64,000 bases of DNA from an uncultured Gammaproteobacteria bacterium (GTDB taxonomy: Bacteria; Patescibacteriota; Patescibacteriia; UBA11705; JABHMO01). Shown in pieces: positions 45,921 through 54,744 of the stretch. The position numbers were made by a program, and so were the translations under genes. A model generated the notes under the pieces. That model was not told where the DNA came from and ran no database searches. It worked only from the letters and a program-made list of their open reading frames with translations. The stretch spans positions 8,179-72,178 of the forward strand of contig CAZPYM010000003.1 in NCBI GenBank assembly GCA_964590105.1, in the 5' to 3' direction. Each line of letters starts with the position of its first letter. Position 1 is the first letter of the stretch.

Positions 45921-46090
45921 GTTCTCCTCCGTTTGATTTGAAAAAGTATCATTGAACTAAACTAGTATACACGGTTATAAACGATTTGTCAATACTTGCG
46001 TCAATTTCAAGTAAATTTAGATATCGAGAATAGGCGCAAGCGTCTTGATTTTTTGTATTGGAAGTGTAATAATAGCGATGAAATCAAAGT

Positions 46091-46166
46091 CGGGCTGTAG
46101 CGCAGTTGGTAGCGCGCGTCGTTCGGGACGACGAGGCCGGCGGTTCAAGTCCGCTCAGCCCGACCA
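46091..46166 (+). tRNA. tRNA-Pro (anticodon CGG)
   Basis: Acceptor cgggctg/cagcccg, anticodon stem-loop cgtcg-ttCGGga-cgacg, T-arm gcggttcaagtccgc, CCA encoded. Confidence 0.9.
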
Positions 46167-46184
46167 ATTTTTTAGAATTATTAT

Positions 46185-47204
46185 ATGAAAAAAAATAAAA
46201 AACAAAATATAAACAATCATTCATTACCAATTGTTGATTTCCCGGTTAACTCTGCCGCCAGGATCATGACAAAAGCCGTGCCCGTTGTCTCGCCGCAGGC
46301 GACAATTGCGGACATTGAAAAGCTTTTGCTGGATAAACCCAATGAATTTGAATCGATCAATTATGTTTATGTAGTTAATTCTGACGGTATTTTGAAAGGC
46401 GCCATTTCTGTAAAGGAAATTTTTCGTCAGTCAAAATCAGCCAAGGTGGCGGACATAATGGTGAAGGATTTGATTGTGGCAAAACAAAGCTCAAGCCAAT
46501 TAAAGGCAGCTTATTTGGCGCTTCAACACAATATTAAGGCCGTGCCTGTAGTTGATAAAGGTGGGAAATTTGTGGGAGTGGTTATGAGTGAGGATATAAT
46601 GGATATTATTTATGCGGAAACCAATCGTCACGTGTTTGCTTTTTCTGGTCAGCAAAGGCCTGAAATGTTTATTGATAATGTTTTTTCAATGTCAATTTGG
46701 AAATCTTTAAAACACCGTTTGCCGTGGCTTTTGATTGGGCTTCTTGGGGGACTACTAGCGGCGAAAATTATTGGCGGATTTGAATCAACGCTCGGACAAA
46801 ACCTTATTTTGGCGGCGTTCATTCCTTTGATTGTTTACATGGCTGACGCAGTCGGCACGCAGGTTGAGGCGTTTTTCATTCGCGATTCGGCGATTCATTT
46901 GGATTTAAATTTTCTTGCTTATTTCTTACGCCAGATGTTGATTGTATTTTTGATTGCCGTGGTTTCAGGCGTGGTTTTGATGAGCATTAGTTCAGTTTTA
47001 TATAATGACTTTACCATTGGCATAGTTTTGGCAATTTCCTTGTTTTGCGCTATTATGTCAGCGGTTTTGTCCGGCTTGATCGTACCGTATTTTTTGAGCA
47101 AAATGCGTCTAGATCCGGCCAATGCCAGCGGGCCGATTGCCACGATTATTCAGGATATTTTGAGCGTAACAATTTATTTTAGCGTAGCCGCCTGGTTATT
47201 GTGA
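46185..47204 (+). CDS. mgtE: magnesium transporter MgtE
   Basis: Tandem CBS domains followed by 5 TM helices with 'AAFIPLIVYMADAVGTQ' and 'PANASGPIATIIQDI' (MgtE TM motifs). Confidence 0.8.
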   Translation: MKKNKKQNINNHSLPIVDFPVNSAARIMTKAVPVVSPQATIADIEKLLLDKPNEFESINYVYVVNSDGILKGAISVKEIFRQSKSAKVADIMVKDLIVAKQSSSQLKAAYLALQHNIKAVPVVDKGGKFVGVVMSEDIMDIIYAETNRHVFAFSGQQRPEMFIDNVFSMSIWKSLKHRLPWLLIGLLGGLLAAKIIGGFESTLGQNLILAAFIPLIVYMADAVGTQVEAFFIRDSAIHLDLNFLAYFLRQMLIVFLIAVVSGVVLMSISSVLYNDFTIGIVLAISLFCAIMSAVLSGLIVPYFLSKMRLDPANASGPIATIIQDILSVTIYFSVAAWLL

Positions 47205-47236
47205 TTTGAAGAGATTTTTTTGAATGAAAAAGTTCT

Positions 47237-47312
47237 GGGCCCGTAGCTCATCTGGTAGAGCGCGGCATTCGCATTGCCGAGGTAAGGGGTTCGAGTCCCC
47301 TCGGGTCCACCA
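47237..47312 (+). tRNA. tRNA-Ala (anticodon CGC)
   Basis: Acceptor gggcccg/cgggtcc with G3:U70, anticodon stem-loop cggca-ttCGCat-tgccg, T-arm aggggttcgagtcccct, CCA encoded. Confidence 0.9.
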
Positions 47313-47443
47313 GACTCTTTCCGCCTACTGCGAAAAGAGAAATTACAAATTACAAGCTACAAATTACAAAAAATAAAAAACAAATTACCCCAAGAGGATC
47401 CCTTTGGGACAAAAAAATAAATAGTAAATAAGATATAAATCAT

Positions 47444-47532
47444 GTCGCGGTGGTGAAATTGGTATACACGTATGCTTCAGGAGCATATGGGGGCAACCCC
47501 GTGGAGGTTCAAGTCCTCTCCGCGGCACCATG
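47444..47532 (+). tRNA. tRNA-Leu (anticodon CAG), type II with long variable arm
   Basis: Acceptor gtcgcgg/ccgcggc, anticodon stem-loop tatgc-ttCAGga-gcata, variable arm tgggggcaaccccg, T-arm ggaggttcaagtcctct, CCA encoded. Confidence 0.85.
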
Positions 47533-47617
47533 AACCATTCCCCCGCCAGGGCGGGGTCAGGTTTATGGTAAACCATGTTTTTAGAGGTTTATAATAAACA
47601 ATTTAAGAGGGTTTATT

Positions 47618-48208
47618 ATGAAAACAGAATTTGAAGCGACTTTCATTGATATTGATGTCAATGAGGTACGGAAAAAATTAAAAGCGCTTGGCGCGAAATT
47701 AATCAGACCGGAGGCATTGATGCGCCGGGTTAATTTTTATCCGCCAATTGACGATAATACCGGCTGGATGCGGGTACGCGATGAGGGAAACCGGATTACA
47801 TTAAGTTACAAAAGATTTTTGGGTTATAAAAAGGGCAATGATGAAATGAAAAATCAGCAGGAAATTTTTTTGGAAATAAATGATTTTGGTCAGGGCGTTC
47901 AATTGCTTGAAGTTTGCGGCGCCAGAAAAAAGTCGTATCAGGAAACAAAAAGAGAAGATTGGGAATACCAAGGTTTGGAAGTCTCTATTGATACCTGGCC
48001 CGGGCTGGAGCCTTTTGTGGAAATTGAAGGCAGGGACGAGCAAACTGTGAAACAAGCGGCGGAAGAATTGGGTTTTGATTATTCAAAAGCGATTTTTGGT
48101 CCGGTTGGATTGATTTATGAAAAAAAACTGGGCATTCCTCCTCAAGTTATTAATAATGAAACACCGGAAATTACTTTTGAAAATCCACCTGAAAAATATA
48201 ACAGCTGA
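47618..48208 (+). CDS. CYTH domain protein (class IV adenylyl cyclase / triphosphatase-like)
   Basis: N-terminal 'MKTEFEATFIDID' (EXEXK-type start), 'RVR', and 'FVEIEGRDE' are typical of CYTH/CyaB. Confidence 0.6.
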   Translation: MKTEFEATFIDIDVNEVRKKLKALGAKLIRPEALMRRVNFYPPIDDNTGWMRVRDEGNRITLSYKRFLGYKKGNDEMKNQQEIFLEINDFGQGVQLLEVCGARKKSYQETKREDWEYQGLEVSIDTWPGLEPFVEIEGRDEQTVKQAAEELGFDYSKAIFGPVGLIYEKKLGIPPQVINNETPEITFENPPEKYNS

Positions 48209-48310
48209 TGTTTCTTTGCGATTTGTTTTAAGTCTATGTATTGAGTTTTTATTTTTTTTAATTTAAATTTGTTTTGGACTTTGAGTTTTTGACTTTGTGT
48301 TTTGAAATGT

Positions 48311-48388
48311 CGGGGCGTGGCTCAGCTGGTCTAGAGTGCCGGGCTGGGGGTCCGGAGATCGTGAGTTCAAATCTCACCGCCCCGACCA
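48311..48388 (+). tRNA. tRNA-Pro (anticodon GGG)
   Basis: Acceptor cggggcg/cgccccg, anticodon stem-loop ccggg-ctGGGgg-tccgg, T-arm gtgagttcaaatctcac, CCA encoded. Confidence 0.85.
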
Positions 48389-48415
48389 AAAAATTTAAAA
48401 CTAAAATAAAAAATT

Positions 48416-49399
48416 ATGAAAAATGAATCAACTTTGAAGAATGAGGCGCATGAACTCTCGGCGGTGAAAGGACCGAAAGCTCTGTTTTGGTTTTTGTCGC
48501 TGTTTTTTTCCCTCGGCGTAACAGCTTTTTCCACCGGCGGACTGTGGTTTCAGTTTATAAACAAATGGTTCCCGACGGAAGTTAATTACGGTTTGGTGAT
48601 GCAGCCGTTCAGCCAATCGATTTTGAAAATGCAAATCGCTTCGCTCCTTGTCGCGGTGCCGGTTTTTGTGATTTTGAGCATTCTTATCCGCCGCGCGCTT
48701 GGCAGTGGCCTGCTCGCGGTCGCGAATAAAGTGCGACTTTGGATTACTTACATTATTTTGTTCGCCACAGTGGCAACCGCTGTTGGCGATTTGATTCGAA
48801 TTGTTTTTTCGCTTTTGAATGGCGACTTTACAGCCAGATTTTTACTCAAGGCGGCGGTGGTGCTTATTATCGTGTGCTGGGTTTTTATTTACTATTGGTT
48901 GGAAATTCGTTCCGCGAGTGCGTTGACTGCTTCCCGCTTCCCGAAAATCGCCATGATTGTTTCGCTGGTCGTGGTGATTTTATCCTTTTTGGGCAGTTTC
49001 CTAATTGTCGAATCGCCGCTGCAAGCAAGACGTAATGCTTTTGATCGGACGCGCGTCAGTGATTTACAGCAGATCAAATACGCGGCCGATGATTATTATC
49101 GAGAATACGATAAATTGCCTGCTTCACTTGATGACTTGAAAAACGCGCGTGGCTATATCAAAATTGTAGATTCCAAGAGCGGCCAGATTTACGAATATGC
49201 TGTAAAAGACAAAGACAAGTTTGAATTGTGCGCCGACTTTGAAGCTTCCAATAAAGTTGTTTCTCCTGATTATGCTTATGACACGGCTTATACGGAATTT
49301 TTGCATGATGCCGGCCGAGTCTGCTTTTCACGAGAAGTGAGCAAAGATCTTGGCGTCGATAAGATGGGAGTACCGATTCCTGTGCCAGTTAATAAATAA
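48416..49399 (+). CDS. membrane protein with C-terminal type IV pilin/pseudopilin-like domain
   Basis: About five TM helices, then 'ARRNAFDRTRVSDLQQIKYAADDYYREYDKLPASLDDL', which matches the conserved pilin-fold segment (ARd.qR.sDl..i..al..Yy.d.g.yP). Confidence 0.45.
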   Translation: MKNESTLKNEAHELSAVKGPKALFWFLSLFFSLGVTAFSTGGLWFQFINKWFPTEVNYGLVMQPFSQSILKMQIASLLVAVPVFVILSILIRRALGSGLLAVANKVRLWITYIILFATVATAVGDLIRIVFSLLNGDFTARFLLKAAVVLIIVCWVFIYYWLEIRSASALTASRFPKIAMIVSLVVVILSFLGSFLIVESPLQARRNAFDRTRVSDLQQIKYAADDYYREYDKLPASLDDLKNARGYIKIVDSKSGQIYEYAVKDKDKFELCADFEASNKVVSPDYAYDTAYTEFLHDAGRVCFSREVSKDLGVDKMGVPIPVPVNK

Positions 49400-49440
49400 G
49401 CAGATTTAATCAAGTCGGGTCAGCAGACTATAAATAATTT

Positions 49441-49779
49441 ATGCAACAAATAACTTGGGATGAGTTTGAGAAAGTTGAGTTGAGAGTCGGTACAATTACA
49501 AAAGTAGAAGATTTTCCCGAGGCTAATAAACCCGCTTATAAATTGGAAGTTGATTTTGGTTTAGAAATTGGAACAAAGAAATCCAGCGCTCGAATTGTTG
49601 ATTTGTATTCCAAGTCGGAGTTACTTGGCAAGCAGATTGTTGGTGTAGTTAATTTTCCTCCAAAACAAATCGGACCGTTTGTTTCAGAATGTTTAATTAC
49701 GGGATTTTATAATCAAAAGGGGGAAGTTGTGCTCGCGGTGCCGGAAAAGAATGTTGATAATGGCGCCAAGCTTGGTTAG
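49441..49779 (+). CDS. tRNA-binding protein (CsaA/Trbp111-like OB fold)
   Basis: 'VELRVGTITKVEDFPEANKPAYKLEVDFG' matches the myf/EMAP tRNA-binding domain. Confidence 0.65.
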   Translation: MQQITWDEFEKVELRVGTITKVEDFPEANKPAYKLEVDFGLEIGTKKSSARIVDLYSKSELLGKQIVGVVNFPPKQIGPFVSECLITGFYNQKGEVVLAVPEKNVDNGAKLG

Positions 49780-49884
49780 GGTTTTATTTTAGAAGTTTGC
49801 AATAGTAGTTCACTGTCTGTGTAATATTTGTCAATTTTTTTGAATAATGAAAAAACAGGCTATCGTTGATAGCCTGTTTTGTGT

Positions 49885-50148
49885 TTAGCGTTCCTTTTTT
49901 CGAAATGACATTGCAATCAGTGCGGTTACTCCGAGGAGGGTAAATGTTGCCGGCGCGTAGATGCCTTTGCTCAGGAGGCCGAGCGAGCTGATGGGAATCG
50001 CAATTGTAATAAACGTTCCGACAATGATGGCCCCTCCTTCGAGAAGCTTGTGGCTTTCTGAGTCAACCAAGTAGCTCGCGCCATAGAGGAAGCCAACCGA
50101 CGCTATCCAAATTAGAGCCGCAATAAGTTCAATCATTTTTTTCTCCAT
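49885..50148 (-). CDS. small membrane protein; GC-rich
   Basis: 87 aa with two hydrophobic helices; GC about 52%. Confidence 0.4.
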   Translation of the reverse strand: MEKKMIELIAALIWIASVGFLYGASYLVDSESHKLLEGGAIIVGTFITIAIPISSLGLLSKGIYAPATFTLLGVTALIAMSFRKKER

Positions 50149-50243
50149 TGTTTATAAATGTTCAAGTCTCCAACTTCTAATTCCTTACAAGAGAAATAAG
50201 CAGTTGAAGAGGGGAATCGCGTTGCGATTCCCCTCGGTTGGGG

Positions 50244-50840
50244 TTAGAAGCTGAACTTGACGCCGAAGAGGGAATTTTTCGGATCAAACTTAGCCTTTTC
50301 GCTGGCAAGTGGCGCCCAGCTGGCCCAGAGTGTGGCCTTGCCGACCGTAACTTCAGCCAGCGGACCTACTCCGGATGGACGTCGATCTTTGAGACCTATC
50401 GTCAGATAGGGAAGAACTTTGTACTTTAACGCTAGGTCGTACCAGAGAGCAGAGTCGTCACCGCTGTAGGCAACTTTTCCCGCTTCTACGATTCCGAGGA
50501 AGCTGACCTTGTCGTGGCCCAGCCAAAGCGAGTAGGCTGTTCGCAGGTCGAAACCTTCAACGCCCTGTTCCATGCCGACACTCAGTCCGAGCGTCATCCA
50601 GTCGGTGGGCGACCATTCCGGCCCGGCATAGGCTTCTGCCCAGCCGGCGGTAGTCAGGAAAAAGCTGCTGACTGACCAGTGCGAATCGAGCTTGTGCGTG
50701 AGGTAGCTGTCTACCGTTAGGCTTTTGAAAGCCTTGGGCGTCGCAGACTGCAACTCTCCGAAGCCTCTCGTCTGGGCGGTAGCGGTAAGGGATGCGCAAA
50801 GGTAAACAAGTACAGTCAGCGGCTGGAGGAACTTTCTCAT
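50244..50840 (-). CDS. outer-membrane beta-barrel-like protein (signal peptide, C-terminal ...GVKFSF); GC-rich
   Basis: The start is taken at the ATG (MRKFLQPLTVLVYLCASLTATAQT) preceded by AAGGGAG. The protein shows alternating hydrophobic beta-strand-like segments and ends in an aromatic residue (F), as OMPs do. GC is about 57%. A TTGACA-N17-TACAAT promoter lies on the minus strand at 50937-50965. Confidence 0.45.
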   Translation of the reverse strand: MRKFLQPLTVLVYLCASLTATAQTRGFGELQSATPKAFKSLTVDSYLTHKLDSHWSVSSFFLTTAGWAEAYAGPEWSPTDWMTLGLSVGMEQGVEGFDLRTAYSLWLGHDKVSFLGIVEAGKVAYSGDDSALWYDLALKYKVLPYLTIGLKDRRPSGVGPLAEVTVGKATLWASWAPLASEKAKFDPKNSLFGVKFSF

Positions 50841-51020
50841 AATTTTCTCCCTTTGCCCCTTGGGGCTTTGCAAAAGTTATTTAATGAACCGCACTTAAGA
50901 TGGATTGTCTCCTTGACTTTCTCATCTTGACATTGCATTGTATCACGAAATGGGCATTTTGTCAATGTCGGCTCAACAAATATTATTTCTCATTGTCTAA
51001 ATATAAATAAAAAAATGCTG

Positions 51021-51049
51021 TTGACGTGACTTCAACAACATGCTATAAT
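51021..51049 (+). promoter_or_regulatory. promoter TTGACG-N17-TATAAT with 5'-UTR octamer repeats
   Basis: ttgacgtgacttcaacaacatgctataat. The -10 context 'catgctataatgg' is identical to that of the other TrmB-like gene's promoter (31813-31826). It is followed by taatctct/taatcact x7 (51071-51118). Confidence 0.55.
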
Positions 51050-51129
51050 GGATGTAGGAGGTTGCGTTATTACTAATCTTTAATCTCTAATCTCTAATCA
51101 CTAATCACTAATCACTAATCACTAGAACA

Positions 51130-51906
51130 ATGATTGAAGATACATTGAAACAGCTCGGCTTTAATGAAAAAGAAACCAGCGTTTACTTGGCCGTTCTTCA
51201 GCATGGCAAGATGGCGCCGGTTGATATTGCTAAATTAACACGAATAAATCGAACGACTGTTTATAGTACAGCTAAGGAATTAGTAAAAAAGGGCGTATTA
51301 ATAGAGGATTTAGGCGGGATAACCAGATCATTTATTGCGGTTCCGCCTGAGCAGTTTGAACAGCTTATTAAAAAAGAAGAAGAAAAACTGGAAAACAAGA
51401 AGTTAATAACAATGAGGGCAATTCGCGAGCTCGGCGCTTATGCGCAAGATGCAAAATACGCTGTGCCGAAAATTGTTTTTGTGGAGGAACAGGATATTGA
51501 AAGTCATTTATATAAACAATCGCCGATCTGGAATCAAAGTATAATTGAGAGGAATTCAGATTGGTGGGGTTTTCAGGACAGCAGTTTTGTAGAACATTAT
51601 CAGAAATGGATTGACTGGTATTGGACCGAGGAGCCGACTTCAGAAAAAATTAATTTGAAATTATTAAGTACTGTTGAAGCGGAAAAAATTAAAAAAAAGA
51701 AATTCGAACGCCGGCAGATCAAATTTTGGAAAAAAGCAAAAGATTTTTCCGCGACGACTTGGATAATGGGGGACTATATTACTTCGATTGTTACAAATAC
51801 AAAACCGCACTACCTGGTGGAAATTCATGATCAAACATTAGCTCACAATATGCGCGAGGTTTACACTGGGTTGTGGGAAGAGTTGTTTGCTGATAAGAAG
51901 AAGTAA
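51130..51906 (+). CDS. TrmB-family transcriptional regulator (paralog of 31895..32665)
   Basis: 'LGFNEKETSVYLAVLQHGKMAPVDIAKLTRINRTTVYSTAKELVKKGVL' wHTH. Confidence 0.6.
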   Translation: MIEDTLKQLGFNEKETSVYLAVLQHGKMAPVDIAKLTRINRTTVYSTAKELVKKGVLIEDLGGITRSFIAVPPEQFEQLIKKEEEKLENKKLITMRAIRELGAYAQDAKYAVPKIVFVEEQDIESHLYKQSPIWNQSIIERNSDWWGFQDSSFVEHYQKWIDWYWTEEPTSEKINLKLLSTVEAEKIKKKKFERRQIKFWKKAKDFSATTWIMGDYITSIVTNTKPHYLVEIHDQTLAHNMREVYTGLWEELFADKKK

Positions 51907-51986
51907 GGAAATTGTTCTCTTGTAAATTTAATTTTGGATATTAAAAAGACTCTCGTTCGGAGAGTCTTTTTCAAAAAGAGTAAAAT

Positions 51987-52454
51987 CTATCTTTGTACGC
52001 TGATTGCCGCGCCGCCTTCCGGGTCGCAGGCGCCGATTGTCAGAGTGCCGGTTGCCGCTCTCATCATGTAATAATCAGTCATAGCGGCTGTACCTGTGCT
52101 CGGATCCATTGGCACTAACGGAAGATAGCCTTCTGTCGCAAGCGCGGTAAGATCAGCGCAGGCCGCTTGAGTTACTTGCGCGGTGCAGCCAGCATCGCCA
52201 CCAGCGGCGCAGGTGCCGATGGTGTAAAAACTACCGGCTGTTAAGTTGGCAATAGCCGCGACATAGGTGCCGCCGTTGTCAACCTGGTCCAGCTTAGCTG
52301 AGTCCAAAACAGCTGCCACATCGCTCCAGCGCTCTGCATCGCGAGCATCCTGAAAACGAGTCAGCGGATCAAGCGCGACAAAAACAATCACTGCCAAGAT
52401 TGCAATAATGGCAATGACAATTAATAACTCAATTAATGTAAAACCTTTTTTCAT
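51987..52454 (-). CDS. type IV pilin (prepilin-type N-terminal cleavage/methylation domain)
   Basis: The start is taken at MKKGFTLIELLIVIAIIAILA (class III signal, G|FTLIE). 'ARDAERWSDVAAVLDSAKL' is the pilin-fold motif. Confidence 0.75.
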   Translation of the reverse strand: MKKGFTLIELLIVIAIIAILAVIVFVALDPLTRFQDARDAERWSDVAAVLDSAKLDQVDNGGTYVAAIANLTAGSFYTIGTCAAGGDAGCTAQVTQAACADLTALATEGYLPLVPMDPSTGTAAMTDYYMMRAATGTLTIGACDPEGGAAISVQR

Positions 52455-52543
52455 AGATTTTGGCTTATTTATATTAGTAATTATTTTGTTTGAATAGTAT
52501 AGCATTTTTTCCTTTGTTTGTAAAAACGTTTTATCAACAAGCT

Positions 52544-52936
52544 CTAATTATCCCAGCTTTGGCTGGCAATATTAATGTTCAGTGTTCGGTAATAATTATT
52601 TAAGCTTCCTGTAATTATTAGATCAGCGTCATATCCTTCGCCGGCCACTGAAACATCGCATGTCCCTTCGCTAATGTTGAAAATTCCGCCGGTATAAGAA
52701 GGATCGCGGTGATACTGGATTAGGCTTTCCTGAATACAGCCTTCAGTAAAATATTGCACTTCAAGGTCGCGCAGAGAAATATCGGAAACAGTCAAGCCGG
52801 TGATTGAATTCAAGGCTGTTTTGATCATAATAACCGAAACAATGGCGGCAATAATAATTACAATAATAATCATTGCGATCCCTTTATTGTCTTTTGCGGA
52901 CAGTGATTGAAGTTGTCCATGAGTTTTGCGCTTCAT
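52544..52936 (-). CDS. pilus-associated small membrane protein (putative minor pseudopilin)
   Basis: Hydrophobic N-terminus 'IAMIIIVIIIAAIVSVIM'. The start is ambiguous (52936 or the internal ATG at about 52873), and the ORF overlaps the upstream gene's end. Confidence 0.4.
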   Translation of the reverse strand: MKRKTHGQLQSLSAKDNKGIAMIIIVIIIAAIVSVIMIKTALNSITGLTVSDISLRDLEVQYFTEGCIQESLIQYHRDPSYTGGIFNISEGTCDVSVAGEGYDADLIITGSLNNYYRTLNINIASQSWDN

Positions 52937-53417
52937 AGGATTTTGTTTCCGATGGATTAATCGCGGACAGAGTTAATTCAATATTTATTGTGACGGCGCT
53001 CGCGTTTGACGAGTCGGTAATTACAAAATTTGAAACATTGATTTTGTCGCCGGTCAAATCAACGGCCAGATTAGCGCCGCGCGTCAAGCGCAGTTTTGTT
53101 ATTGTCAAATCGGTGCCGCCTAAAGTTATTTGTTTGTCGTAAGTGTCAATAATCATCTGCGGGTTGGCAATATATGAGAGAATTAATTTTCCCGGATTGG
53201 CGTCATATATCGAACCGGCTTCAATGGCGTTAGATCTTTTTGTGTTATAAGTTATTTTGTCCAGAATAAATCTGCCTGCATTATTGACTTCGCTCAAATT
53301 CTCTTGCTTTGTTTGGTCGTTGATTATTGTCCAGGCAAAATTAAGTGAGGCGATGAGGATAGTCGTTATGATCGCCAGATAGATGATAATTTCGATTAGA
53401 GTAAAGCCTTTTTGCAT
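52884..53417 (-). CDS. prepilin-type pseudopilin (minor pilin)
   Basis: 'MQKGFTLIEIIIYLAIITTIL' N-terminal methylation motif. Confidence 0.65.
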   Translation of the reverse strand: MQKGFTLIEIIIYLAIITTILIASLNFAWTIINDQTKQENLSEVNNAGRFILDKITYNTKRSNAIEAGSIYDANPGKLILSYIANPQMIIDTYDKQITLGGTDLTITKLRLTRGANLAVDLTGDKINVSNFVITDSSNASAVTINIELTLSAINPSETKSYEAQNSWTTSITVRKRQ

Positions 53418-53423
53418 ATAATT

Positions 53424-54308
53424 TTATGGCACAAAAGGAGGCGTGGTCACTTCTGTAACTGAACTGCCGTCATTCATTGTTGCCGTAATAGTAAAGGTTG
53501 AGCTGTCAACTTTTTCATTGAAGCGGAATGCATCCACGTCATAGCTTTGTCCGGCGTCAAGGCCAAAGTTCACAATATCAAGCTCAGTGCCTGATGGTTG
53601 GGCGCCCTGGGGCGTGCCAATTCCATTTGTGGCGTGCCAGTAGTTGGTGGTATTGATTTTTATGTAGGTAATTTCTCCCGGTTTAGTCCAGGTCAGGGTC
53701 ATTTTGTCGATAGTAATAGGAACGGTTCCATTATTGTGCAACATAACACCTATGAGTGATTTTTGGGTGGCGTCTATTCGTGCGTTCGACACGTCAATTT
53801 CCAGACTGCCCGCTTCTCCGGCGGCGGAACAAGTGGTCGGATCATACCAGCGAGCGTAGAGCTTACTGAAGAATTTTGTTTTTGCGCCTTTGGCGGAGTT
53901 CCAGTTTACGTTGACAGTAATCATCTTGGTATCGGGATCCGGCGTGCCACCGCTTTCAATCAAATCGCAGTTGCCGTCGCGCTGAACCGGCGCAATAATA
54001 ATTGAGCGTGTATATTTTTCTTTGATTAAATTTGGTTCTGCCTGAAGTTGCCACTCGCCGGATGAATTGTTAATGCCGGATGTCCCGTCAGCCAGAGATA
54101 GCCAGGAATTGTAGCTGATACTTTGCACTGCTTCAAATCCCTGCTGGGCAATATATTTAACCTGCGTCAATTCGGCGGTAGCTGTAAAGGTGTCCAGGTA
54201 TCGGACAAGAATCATCATGCTGCCGGCGGCCACAATTAAAAAAAGACCAATGGCGATAATAATTTCAATCAGGTTTTGGCCTTGTTGATTTTTTTGTTGA
54301 ATATTCAT
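53424..54308 (-). CDS. minor pilin-like protein with degenerate prepilin N-terminus
   Basis: 'GQNLIEIIIAIGLFLIVAAGSM' resembles the GFxxxE prepilin helix. Confidence 0.5.
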   Translation of the reverse strand: MNIQQKNQQGQNLIEIIIAIGLFLIVAAGSMMILVRYLDTFTATAELTQVKYIAQQGFEAVQSISYNSWLSLADGTSGINNSSGEWQLQAEPNLIKEKYTRSIIIAPVQRDGNCDLIESGGTPDPDTKMITVNVNWNSAKGAKTKFFSKLYARWYDPTTCSAAGEAGSLEIDVSNARIDATQKSLIGVMLHNNGTVPITIDKMTLTWTKPGEITYIKINTTNYWHATNGIGTPQGAQPSGTELDIVNFGLDAGQSYDVDAFRFNEKVDSSTFTITATMNDGSSVTEVTTPPFVP

Positions 54309-54313
54309 GTTCT

Positions 54314-54742
54314 TTAATAAACTAATCCTTCGGCGTTTACCGTAATATTTTCAATGTCGGTCAGGGCGTTATGGATTATTGAAATGCTTTTTGGCGCCGC
54401 GGGTAGGGCGGATTTTATAGCAAAGTCGATTTCTTTAGTTTCGGAAAAGCTGACATTGGCGGGTAATGAGTAAATCACGTCTTCAGCTTGGTCGCGCGAA
54501 GCGTAAGTGGTCCCTTGAAAAACAATAAATTGATTATTACTAAAATAAACGCCGTGGCTTGAATCCTGATAGCCGCTTTTGGCTTTTTCTTGCGCCAGAA
54601 TGACTTGCTGGGTTACTTCTGATTTGGCTGATTCCAATAAACTGAAGGTTTGAAAATAAATATAAAAAGGCACGGTTACGCCAGCAATCATGGCGACAAT
54701 CGCCATAACTATTATTATTTCAATTAAAGTGAAGCCGTTCAT
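54314..54742 (-). CDS. prepilin-type pseudopilin (GspG/PilE-like)
   Basis: 'MNGFTLIEIIIVMAIVAMIAGV'. Confidence 0.7.
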   Translation of the reverse strand: MNGFTLIEIIIVMAIVAMIAGVTVPFYIYFQTFSLLESAKSEVTQQVILAQEKAKSGYQDSSHGVYFSNNQFIVFQGTTYASRDQAEDVIYSLPANVSFSETKEIDFAIKSALPAAPKSISIIHNALTDIENITVNAEGLVY

Positions 54743-54744
54743 AA

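Noticed and set aside
47385-47576. 63-aa minus-strand ORF
   Set aside because: It is antisense to the complete tRNA-Leu(CAG) gene and its terminator.
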